Source: Saprolegnia diclina VS20
Taxonomy: Eukaryota
Length of the DNA stretch: 33,127 nucleotides
Assembly: GCF_000281045.1 (NCBI RefSeq)
Contig: NW_008246071.1
Span: 31,588 to 64,714 of the forward strand
Direction of reading: 5' to 3'
Shown here: in pieces, positions 1 to 10,125 of the stretch
Layout of the letters: each line of letters begins with the position of its first letter
Numbering within the stretch: the first letter of the stretch is position 1
Position numbers and translations under genes: made by a program
The notes under the pieces: generated by a model
What the model was told of the DNA's origin: nothing
The model's database searches: none
What the model saw: the letters and a program-made list of their open reading frames with translations, nothing else

Positions 1-18
1 AGATATACATATTCGTGT

Positions 19-1101
19 CTATACAATAACGTGCGTCGTCTGTGCTATTGCCAAGGCGGGTTCGTCCGCAACGGGTTCGGACGACTGGCAAAAGCGCTCC
101 ACTTGGCAGCACAGCGTGAGCGCGCCAAGCGTGATGCTCACGACGAAGAGAAAGATACGCAGCAGCTGCACGGCGTGGAAGAGGTCGGCCGAGCACCCAA
201 GGACGGGGTGCGACACGAGCGTCGAGCCAAAGATGGCCCAGCCTAGCGCCGCAGTGGACAAGAGGAGGAGGCAGCAAACCACGACGCGCTGCGACGACGA
301 TGCGTGCTGTTTGCGCGAGACAAAGTAGCACGAGCAGAGAAGCAGCGTCAGCGTCCCAAAGAGCGCACACGAAACGCCGACGTAGAGCGCAAATGGCTTG
401 GAGCACGGCGCGTCGCCGTACGCGACGAGGAGCGCGACGCTGGTGGCGGTGAGCGCGACAAAGGGGAGGACGACGCAGCCGCGCTTGACAAAGGACGAGA
501 TGCACGAGCAGCGAAGGCAGCTCAGTAGCCATTGCTATTTTGCCATTAGCATAAGTCCAATCCAAAGCTGGGGTCCGGCTACCTCGCGGTGGTGGGAGGG
601 CACCAGTGTGCGTAGCGAGTACGACACGAGGAGCCCGCTGACGGGCAGCCCGATGAAGATAAAGAAGGCGGACGTCGCCAAGGCCATGGTAAACAGCAGC
701 GGCTCGGTCTCGGGGCATCCCTTGCGCGAGGTCCAGATGGCGCCAAGGACGCCCCAGACGACGCAGCCGACACTAAGCAGCGCGACAACGACAAGAAGTG
801 GCAAGCCGCGCCGCGTTATCTGCGCCAAAAGAACGACAATGGCCCATACGGCGTAGAGGCAGCCGCTGGAGAAGACGAAGACGACTGTCTCACGCGGGCA
901 CATGCGCGACGCGATCGCACCTTGCTCAAAGAGGTCGCTGGCACCGGTTCGGTCCAGGGCTTGGGCACTCGAGGATAAGAGGAAGCAGACGACGGCGCAG
1001 GCGCATAGACTGCTCACGACGATAGCGCCGAGCGCGATTTGCATCCGGTTGCTGCGTTGCCGAGCGCGCTTGGGTAGCTCCATGTCCCCACGCACGCCCA
1101 T
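19..1101 (-). CDS. Multi-pass membrane protein with two similar ~4-TM halves (TMEM272-like pattern); 2 exons, intron 535-582
   Basis: ORF 535-1101 joins the frame of ORF 19-282 through a 48-nt GTAGCC...GCTAAT...AAATAG intron (HHRE|QWLLSCLRC). Each half reads C-x-hydrophobic...W-x-x-x-G...GC...LF. The start could also be the ATG at 1083. Confidence 0.75.
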
Positions 1102-1445
1102 GGCTCGAGCACTCTCGGTCAGATCTTATGAAAGTGCAACCTGACCTGTTGTTCTTATAATCGTAAATAGTGTTAGAGTCGTGTGGATTCCACGTCTGGT
1201 GGACGCACTACAAACTGGTGCGGAGTAGCTACCACATTAGACGGTAGTAGCTCTCACATGATCCATCGTCCGATGCGAAGCAGCCGTCTGCTTGTCTGCG
1301 CAGCGTCTTGTTCTGTTGGTCCAGGTATGCCATATACTATATAGTGTTCGACGAAGGCGTCGAATCGCATCTATAAATACTGTGCGATTACACTATTGCG
1401 GTGGATCTCGCACCTTGCCCAGCATTCCCAGCCGCGACATGCCAG

Positions 1446-2419
1446 ATGGACGAGCCCGTGCGTGAGTCGTTCCATGACCACGGCGACCTCTCGGCGAGGC
1501 TCTCGCAGCACAACTTCCGCGCGCCGGCGCCCGAGAGCTGCTGCGACGTCGTCCTGCGCGTCGACGGCGTCCGCTTCCACGCGCACCGCTTCCTCCTCGC
1601 AGCGTCGTCCAAGCCGCTGCGCATCATGCTGACGGGCCCGATGCGCGAGGCGAAAGAGATGGAGGTGACGATCCACGACATCAAGAGCTACATCATGGAG
1701 CAGCTCCTCGAGTTCATGTACACGGGCGACGTCGAGCTGAGCACGGAGACCGTCGTGCAGACGATGACGGCGGCCGAGGTGTACGAGCTGGCCGCGCTCC
1801 GCGACGTATGCAAGCACTTTGCGCTGCGCCACGCCAAGCACGTCTTCAAGGCGCAGATGATCGAGGTGCTGCCGGAAAAGTTGTTGTGCGATCTTGTCGC
1901 CCACGACGACTTGGCGGTATGACGACGCATGCCACAACTCTAGGCTGATGACTGCATGGCCGTATAGATACGCGAAGCTGACCTCCTTGATGCAGTGCTC
2001 GCATGGGCCGAAGCGCGCTACGACAGTGTGGCCGAGGACGTCGAAGACACGACTGCCCACGGCGCCGGGATCCAGCTCATCTTGCAGGACGTATGGCCGC
2101 TCATTCGGTTTCCGACCATGAGCGTGCGCATGCTGTACGGGACGGTGCGGCCGCTCGTACGAGATCACTTTATTCCCGAGTACTTGCTCACGGAAGCGCT
2201 CTTCTTCCACCTCAATTGGGGCGCGGCGCAGTCGCCCGACCACCAGAAGCGCATGACACCACGCACATGCTCCGCGGCCACTGTATACCTCGTTCTTCGT
2301 CTTCCTTCCGTGCCTCTGATAGATGTACTGTGTAGCGCAAGCGCAAGCGCGTCTCGTTCATCCAGACCGTCTCGTTCGATACGCCGCCCGAGCGAGGGGC
2401 CGACGACCCGTTGCCGTAA
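1446..2419 (+). CDS. BTB/POZ-BACK domain protein (putative cullin-3 adaptor); 3 exons, introns 1917-1967 and 2283-2335
   Basis: Classic BTB motif CDVVLRVDGVRFHAHRFLLAASS...MLTGPMRE...LLEFMYTG. BACK-like segment DDLA|IREADLLDAVLAW...LIRFPTM. GT-AG introns restore the frame. The last exon encodes RKRKRVSFIQTVSFDTPPERGADDPLP*. Confidence 0.9.
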
Positions 2420-2631
2420 ACCTGTAAGAACTGCAGCCGTGATGATGCTCCTGTGTCTCGTCACGCTGCTTTCTCGTCGCACTGCGTGCATCAACGTGAC
2501 GTGACCACGCTTGTCGCTACCTCAGCATGTCGCGTGCGCTATCGGCCGCACAGTCAAGCGAGTATAAGGACATGGATATTGACATTATGGTATAAATAGT
2601 AAAACGAAGTAGTAGTGGTAGTGGACGACAC

Positions 2632-3213
2632 TTAGCAGACGACAGACGTGGACGACGGGATCGGCGAGCTCGCATAAAACGGTTCTTGGAGCAGATCCTC
2701 CATGTTGTCGAGCATCGAGTCGAGCGGGTCCACGGAGGCGGGCGTCGTCGGCGGGCTTGACGCAATTGCCGTCGGGTCGTTGCCATCGACGACCGCTGCG
2801 TCAATGTCCATGAGCTCGTCCGGGAGGCGCTCGCCGTCGCCGAGGTTGATCTTGGCGCACGCCAAGAGCACGCGGCACTTTTCCTTGTGCTCCTCGATCT
2901 GCGCCTTCAAGTCGCGGTTCTGGTGTTCGCTGAGCTGGCGCTCGGTCTTGAAGACAGCAGCAATGTCCATCCACGAGAGGCTCGAGCGCTTAAAGTACGC
3001 GAGCTCGCGCGCGTGGCGCTCGAGCGACTGAATCTCGCTGCTGAGCATTTGAAGCTCGGCCTGGTGGTGGCAGCGCTTGAGGCGGAAGCGCTCGCGGTTG
3101 TACACCTGCTTCTTGAGGCGGGCACGCGCCTTCTTGACGTCGTCGGGGACGTACGCCTTGTGCGTGCTGTCGTAGGCCGAGAGAAGCGAGGCGAGTTGGC
3201 GACTGCTGCACAT
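2632..3213 (-). CDS. Oomycete bZIP-like basic/coiled-coil protein with acidic C-terminal tail (paralog of the genes at 10885 and 12433)
   Basis: Single-exon 193-aa ORF. Basic region RARLKKQVYNRERFRLKR, heptad leucines, then an LSWMDIA...QNRDLKAQI segment shared with the two downstream paralogs. Confidence 0.8.
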   Translation of the reverse strand: MCSSRQLASLLSAYDSTHKAYVPDDVKKARARLKKQVYNRERFRLKRCHHQAELQMLSSEIQSLERHARELAYFKRSSLSWMDIAAVFKTERQLSEHQNRDLKAQIEEHKEKCRVLLACAKINLGDGERLPDELMDIDAAVVDGNDPTAIASSPPTTPASVDPLDSMLDNMEDLLQEPFYASSPIPSSTSVVC

Positions 3214-3218
3214 GTCGA

Positions 3219-3236
3219 GTGAAATTGAAAAGTGTC
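3219..3236 (-). promoter_or_regulatory. Oomycete INR + FPR-like core promoter
   Basis: The minus strand reads GACACTTTTCAATTTCAC a few bases before the ATG at 3213, matching the oomycete YCAYTYY + CAWTTTNC arrangement. Confidence 0.5.
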
Positions 3237-4860
3237 AATTGAGATATTCAAGATCGCTCATCTCATGGAGATCGTCCACGCATGTTACGCCCGGCGACAT
3301 GCGCCGTTCATGTCGTCAAAAATGCCCTCCGTTATCCGGACAAGTAGGTGTGAGATACCCCGCTTCTTTTTTTCAACATTGTGCGCAATACAAAACGCAA
3401 GACGTTTTGTGTAGACGTTCAGAACGCGGATCAGTTCGCGTCGTTTTATCCGGATGCGTGCGGGACTTTCGGTTGGGACATACCAAGGGGTTAATGACCT
3501 CCTGTCGCAGCGGTGTATCGTTCAGCGCGACGGGACGATGGGCACCGCGACATCCGCGTTAATCTTTTGCGCTCACTAACCGCCCTGAACTGTGTGGACC
3601 AGACGTCCCACGTTGCTGGATCGATACGACGCTGCGTAGACACACTTACCTCAGGAATGCCTCCGGAAGAAAGAAGAGGCGTGAGCCAGCGTTGGCGCAA
3701 GAGGGCCGCATGGCGAGGGCTGCACGACCGAGCAAAGCCGTCGCCGAAGACCTCGCGCATAGTGCTTGACTTGGCGAGTGCGCACTTGACCACACACGGT
3801 GCTCGACCGATGATGGAGCCGGCGAGATGGTCGAAATAGCATCACTAGTACAAAATAGAGACCATGGTGGTCAAGTGCATCATGGCGTGGTTGATGGTGG
3901 AGGGGCAAGAGTCGGGGGCCGAGCACTGCGACAGTCAGCGGTGCGATCTTCGGCCCAACGACGCTGGTGAGTAACTTGAGCATGGCGTCTGTGGACCTCA
4001 ATGCGAAGACCGCTGGGACACCCCGTGATGCGAGAGGTCACATGTCGCTCCTGTCGCCGGCGGTCTGCGAAAATGCCGAAAAGATCGCGCGCGACATGTG
4101 CGCAACCTCCGAGACTGAATATCGGAAGTCCCGGTGGAAGCCGAGAATTCAGTCACGCCGGGTGCGGAGATCGCGCCAAGATACCGCCGAGGAGCCTTGA
4201 AAGGCCGAGTATAACACGGGGTTGAGCGCCAGCGCAACACGCCCGCGGGGCCAGCGATCACAAAAGGCACCGAGAGGACGTGGCTGCGGAATGTACCATG
4301 GCGAGGGCATGGGGCCAAGAGAGCGTACGGCCGTGAGCAGGCGGGCGTGTACCGCGCCTTGGCCACGAGTCGGGCGCGAAGCGTCGAGCATCGAGCAATG
4401 TAGGTCGGTGCGATGTTCTTGGCAGGATCGTCGTGTGGTCTGGCCGCCGTGGCGTCGACGTGGGTCGAGCGCTAAGATCATCTTGCGCTCTCGGCTCGCC
4501 GACAATCGCGCCGCGTCGGCGTCGGGTTGCAAGCGGCGGAGTTGGCGACTGCAGGCGGAGGTGTCGGTGCCATGGCCGTCGGGTTAGTAGTGCGGCGGCG
4601 CGCAGGTACGTCGCAAGTTGCAAACGACCGAATGAAGACGAACTCTCGGCGTGAAAACATTTGCGAGATGGCTCTGCCATGGGACATCAGCATGTCCGCA
4701 GTGGATGTCGCAACATGTCCCGCCTTTCTCGGAAACCTCCGATCTTGGATACGCGACATGTCGATCAACCAAACATCGTTTCTGGCAGGTTTTAAGCGCC
4801 ACATTTTGATGCCACAAATACCACATCTACGCACGTGGGGCAACCGCAAGATCGACCAAG

Positions 4861-5571
4861 ATGGCGGAACCCAAGGCGGTCCTGGACCAAAGCAGCTTCC
4901 AGCGCATGTCGGCCGACATGGAAGCGTACGATGAGAAGCGCGAGATCGTTATCAAGCATTCTCGAGACATCCTCAAGTCGAGCAAGCAGGCGATCTTCGC
5001 CATGCACCGCGGCAACATGGACGAGGCCAGCGAGAAGCTCGAGGTCGCCGACCAAGTGATCCAGCAGCTCGCGCCCTTGATCATGGAAGAGCCGACGCTG
5101 CGCCATGGATCGTTCTCGAGCGCCATGGAAGAGTATGCGGAGGCGCAGTGCTTTCGCCATTTTCTTACCGCGGGCACGCTCGTCGCCCTCGAAGAGCTCA
5201 ACTTTGTCGATCGCGACGAGTACTTGGGCGGCGTCGTCGACTTTACGGGCGAGGTCACGCGCTATGCAGTCGTGATGGCGACGAAGCGCGACGTCGCCCG
5301 CGTCGAAGAGTGCCGCAACATTGTCGACGCCATCTCGGGCGAGGTAGTCCCTCCTCCCCGCATCCTCCTCGCCTGAAGCCGTGGTGCCTAGCTAATTCAA
5401 TTTAGCTTTCGCAACTCACCGCTGCGAAAGAAGTACGACAGCCTCAAGTACAACCTCAAGAAACTCGAGCATACGCTGTACGAGCTCTCGCTCGTGGGGC
5501 CGCTCCGGGCGTTCAACCTCTCGGCAGGCGACGACGAGCCCAGCGCCGAGAACGACACCTCGCACTGCTAG
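4861..5571 (+). CDS. Translin/TRAX (C3PO) family protein; 2 exons, intron 5344-5391
   Basis: Motifs REIVIKHSRDILKSSKQAIFAMHRG, EEYAEA and YLGGVVDFTGE. After a 48-nt GT-AG intron: FRNSPLRKKYDSLKYNLKKLEHTLYELSL. Stop TAG at 5569-5571. Confidence 0.92.
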
Positions 5572-5601
5572 ACCCTTTAAACGCATGAACCGACCAATAC
5601 T

Positions 5602-8258
5602 CTATTCGTCCATCTCGTCGTCTTCGTCGTCCTCTTCGTCGTCTTCCGCGTCAAAGAGCATGAGACGGCGGTCAGCTATCGATATGACACCAAGCACACC
5701 GCGTACACCGTCGCCAACGACCGCATCAAAGTTGGCTGTCGAGAGCACTCGCTGCTTTCGAAACGTGGGCACTTCTTGCGCCTACGACTCTGTAAGGTGA
5801 CGCATTCCCGAGTCGTGCTACCTCGAGCGACTGCAGTGCGGTCCTTGTCCACGTCGATGCGGTCAATGGCGGTGCAAACGTGATCGAAGCGAGGGCCACC
5901 AGCGACAATCGCTCTACATGGATGATGTTCCATGAGCGTCACTTGCAGTAGGAAGATGAGCGTACGCTCCGAGCCAGTCGCGTGGAGGAGAGCGAGCTGG
6001 CTCTGTCCGTCGCGTGAATAGAGACACTGGTCCATCTACAAAGCGTGAGGTGGAGACTGTGAACGCAATGCTCTACTACGTACGAGTCGGTGCGACGGAG
6101 GGAGTCGAAGCACTGCCATGTGCCAGGACCCTTGGACGCGTCGCCCAAGCCCGATCGCACCATCCAGCGAAAACAGGAGAAGTGGCGCTGACGCGAGCTC
6201 GCCCATCTCAAAGCTGCTGGACGACGCTGTGACCAGGAGTGGCGTCGTCGGTGGGCCCAACGGATGGCCAAATCCATTTTCGCTCAAAAGCTGCGTGCGC
6301 CACGTCGCTTCGATCGCAGCGCAGAGCGCGACGAGGCTGTGCGAGGTATACTGGTCCTCGCCGTCGAGAGCAAAGGACGTGGAGGCTTCGAGGCGCGGGC
6401 TTGTCTTCCACGGACACTTGCCGAGCATCTACCCCGGGTCCTGCACACACGATACAAAATGGACGAGTGTACCTCGGCGACAGGGTTCCCGAACGTCACT
6501 TCCATCTCAAAGCCATTCGCAGGGTCGTGAACGCTTTGCGAGCTGTTGCAGTGGGCGCGGAAGACCTTGGCGGCGGTCGTGGCACGGAACAAGAAACGCC
6601 CAAGGCGCTTTGTATCGGGCAGCGAGAGCTTCGTCGCGGCCTTGGGGCGGGCCGTGCCGTGGGCCGCCATGATCGCGCCAAACCAGCGAAAAAGCAGAGC
6701 GTAGTCCAGCTCTGTTTCTCGCAGCGCGATCTGGAGCTGCTCGAGCTTGAGCAAGAACACTTCCACCATAGCAATCATGGTCGAGAGGTGCGCGACCGAT
6801 GCCGGCCGCTACAATCTACCAGTGAGAATCCCTGTCCTTGGATCAATGACACTCTACGTGGGACGGCGCCGTGGACGTCAAGCCTCGGAGCTCGCAGAGT
6901 CGGAAGAGTACGTTGCAGGCGGCGACGCGGAGCTGCTCGTGAATCTACGACCAGCGTCGAATCAGCGAGATCGGACAAGCGGTCGCACCAGTGTCTGCAT
7001 CGAGTGACACGCGTGGAAGAAGGCTTTTTGAATGCGCTGCAGGCTCTAGTCCAGACGATCGCCAAACGGTCAAATGCGGAAGCGACGCACCTGCTCTTGC
7101 ATGTCTTGGGCAAAAAAATTGGTCAGCGCCGGAAACCCAAGGCCGGCGCAGAGCAGCGTATACATGTGCGCCTGCGATTCCGCATGCTTCAAAACCTCAA
7201 GGGGATGCATACTACCTGAGGGACTTCAAATGACGAGTACTTTGCGTACGCAGACGAGAGTAGACGCATCTTGGCCTCCAAGACCCGCGTCCCGTTGGTC
7301 CACTGCGCCCATTTCAATATGCACAGCGTTGACATGGCAATCGTACCTCGGTTGTGAGCTGCTTCAAGGTCGTATCGAGCGTGTGGAGCAGCTTTTGCAC
7401 CTCGCGCACGTGGTGGGACACGACAAAGAGCTGGCCTTGGTGCGTCGGCAGGTCGGGCAGCGCGAGCGACAGGATCTGGCGACTCGAGTCTTCCTGTGAG
7501 CCAATGAGTAGCGCCGACAAGTCGGAAAGAAGGTGCAGCTCGGTCACGCTCTGGACGCCGGCGGGTTGCAGTCGGCGAATGCACACCGAGCCAAGGGCCC
7601 ACAAGAGGATCGTGCCGCTTGTGTCGCCCGATGCAAGGATGTGGCGACTGTCGTCGAGGGCCGGAACGGTTGTAAACTTGGCGGCTGTCTCGGTTGAGGA
7701 TTCGCTCGGCGGGTTCATGACGCAACGAGACGTTCGATCTTCAAGCCGATGGGTCGACGGCGCTGCGCCCGCCCTGCTGTGTATGAGCTTACTATATTCG
7801 AAGATAGAACGCACATACGCGGCCCAGTGGAGAGCAGATATGGCTTGCGTGTGCTCCCATGCATGGACTTTGCCGAAAAGCTGCATCGTTGCCTCGCCTG
7901 TCTCCATGTCGTAGAGCACGATCTTGCCGTTCGCATGACCCACAGCGAGCACAAGCCCTAGTATCATCATCGAATGAGACCCATGGGATGCAAGTAGTCG
8001 GTGTACCATCGGGTCGCCATGCGAGAACGGTCATGGGCGACTCGACGTCCGAGGGCGTCACGTGCAGCAGGCGCTGCCAGGACACCGTGCGCTACGCAAG
8101 GAGCCCATGACCTCGTAACCTCATGAAGATGCGTGGCGTACGTAGACGAGAAGATGGTCGTCCGTCGTAAGGACGGCGACGATGTCCATGGTCGGGCAGC
8201 ATGCTACCGTGGCCGCGCCCAGGCTCCGCTCCTGGAGCACCGAGTAGGCGTGGCTCAT
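5602..8258 (-). CDS. APC4: Anaphase-promoting complex subunit 4 (WD40 + helical domain), multi-exon
   Basis: Spliced N-terminus CCPTMDIVAVLTTDDHLLVY|RTVSWQRLL...LAWRPD|GLVLAVGHANGKIVLYDMETG is the APC4 WD40 signature. Central helical region (ETELDYALLFRW). Acidic C-terminus RLMLFDAEDDEEDDEDDEMDE*. Not all internal exon borders were resolved. Confidence 0.88.
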
Positions 8259-8437
8259 CGACCTCGTATTAAAATATGCCAAGAGAACTTGCCTTTTGTA
8301 TCCCATTTTATTGAAACGAAATCCTGTTGAGCACAGGATTGTAGGCTGTTGTTTCGGAAACAGCAGTCTGGGAGATTCTGTCTCCAACCAGCGTCTTTAT
8401 CGAGTCCATACAGAGTATGCGAATTACAGTGTTAGTA

Positions 8438-10125
8438 CTAGTACATTTCACCACGGAGGAGCAGCTTGGGCACGTGCTCGACGCGGCCGCCTTCGTGAGG
8501 ACAGTCGTGCGGAAAGACGAGGAGCCGTCCGCGCTTGGGCTGGACGGGCGCCAGCACGGTGCGGTCCGGCGCCAGCGACGAGAGCAAGTTGGTCTCGCCA
8601 CCCGATGCGCACGTCGAGAGGTAGATGATGAACGTCTTTGTCGACGTGACGCCATGGGCGTCCGTGCGCGAGAGGTCCGTGTGCGCCGGAAGGTACCCGC
8701 CGACGTCGCTGTAGTAGAGGAAACGCATGTTGGGAAAGACGTCGCGGCCGCAGCGCGCTTGGATCTCGCGGATGACCCAGCCGACGCTGTCGCAGTAGTA
8801 CGACCGATCCGAGCATGACGCCTTCTCCTTGGGCGCGAATGGCAGCACCGTGTGGAGCTGCTCGAGCCGCTGGAGGAACGACTCGGGAAAGATGTCGTCC
8901 CAGTACCCACTGCCAGCGCCAGGGTGGTCCGCGTCGGCTGCAATGAGCTCGACAAACACAGGCGAGGATGCGATTTGCATTGACGCCAAGGCGTCCAGAG
9001 GAATGTCCACAGGTCTATGCGAGGACGAAAGTAGCTGAACGATGCTCGTGTGCTGCTTGGCCACTGCGACATCAAGCGGCGATGTTTGGGCGTTGTCGCA
9101 TCGCGTGGGCGACGCGCCGGCGCCCACGAGGTAAGCGACGACGCGCTCGTACCCGAGCCACGCCGCGAGAAAGAGCGGTGTCTGACCGTACTCGTTTTGG
9201 CAGTCGATCTCGACGCCAGCAGCGATAAGAGCGCGCAGACGACTGCAATTGATGGCGAGGACGGCCTTGAACATGTTGGCATCGCGCTGGGAGCGTGCCG
9301 TACCAACGAAGAGCTCGACGGCGTTGTGGAGCGGGAGCGGTTTGACGAGCTTGCTTGCTTTGGTGCCACCGCTGCTTTTGCTTGGCTCCAACGGTAGCTG
9401 CAAGTAGAGGGCTCTCGAGGCCGCTGCAATGTCTGCTGGCGCCGTCGTCGTTGGCAGCGATGTTGATGCGATTTTGGACAACGGAGCGCGGGGACACTGG
9501 ACGAGCACATCGCACGTCGGGCACGTCAGATCTTGATCGACGCGCATCGTTGCTAAGTGCGTCCAGAAACAGAGTTCGCACACGGCATGGCTGCACGGCG
9601 CCAGCTCCATGGACGGCACATTGGCGGCGCAGACACCGCAGACCGAGGCAGAGCGCGGCTGCGTGGATAAGAGGAGGAGCAGCCACGCCATGTACGGAGG
9701 CGGGTACTGCATCAAGCACGCCCGCGCCGTCGGAAACGTCGTCATCGTACCCGCGCGATCGTGGAACGAGGGGTCCGCGCCAGCATAGAAGAGCGCGAGC
9801 GCAATGTTGGGCGAGTGGTGCGCAGCGTACCGGAGAAGCTGGAGGTCGCCAGCGTACGTCGTGCAGTAGACATCCAAGTTGTACTTGGCGAGCTTGACGA
9901 CGCCAAACTCTACGCCAACATGAGTCGTGGGAGCAGCGGATGGAGCGTAGTACGGGCAATGCTCTTGCTGCGCGCATGCTCGGCGTAGGCCGCGATGGCC
10001 TCGGGCGACAGCGCCGCCTTGTCCACGATGAGCCCGTTCTTGACGTGGTAGAAGGTCTTTTGCCGCTCGTTGCGGCGGTTGCTCCACCGGCTCGCGCCCT
10101 TCTTGCCACCACCAGCCTCGGCCAT
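8438..10125 (-). CDS. RING finger (C3HC4) + ankyrin repeats + prolyl-4-hydroxylase-like 2OG-Fe(II) oxygenase fusion, ~547 aa; intron 9910-9953
   Basis: RING CGVC...PCSHAVCELC...CPTC (~9512-9640). Ankyrin NEYGQTPLFLAAWLGYERVVAYLVGAGA / SPLDVAVAKQHTSIVQLL. Oxygenase MRFLYY...PAHTD...TFIIYL...GGET...PKRGRLLVFPH..PHEG.....PK. Exon 1 (MAEAGGGKK) joins via a 44-nt GT-AG intron. Confidence 0.88.

Noticed and set aside
4205..4240. ALNPVLYSAF on the minus strand resembles the GPCR TM7 NPxxY motif
   Set aside because: No surrounding series of transmembrane helices in frame, so it is likely chance.
5605..5650. (TCG/TCT)n-like repeat, with a similar one at 14880-14930
   Set aside because: These are simply Asp/Glu-rich coding runs (APC4 tail, kinase linker), not independent microsatellites.
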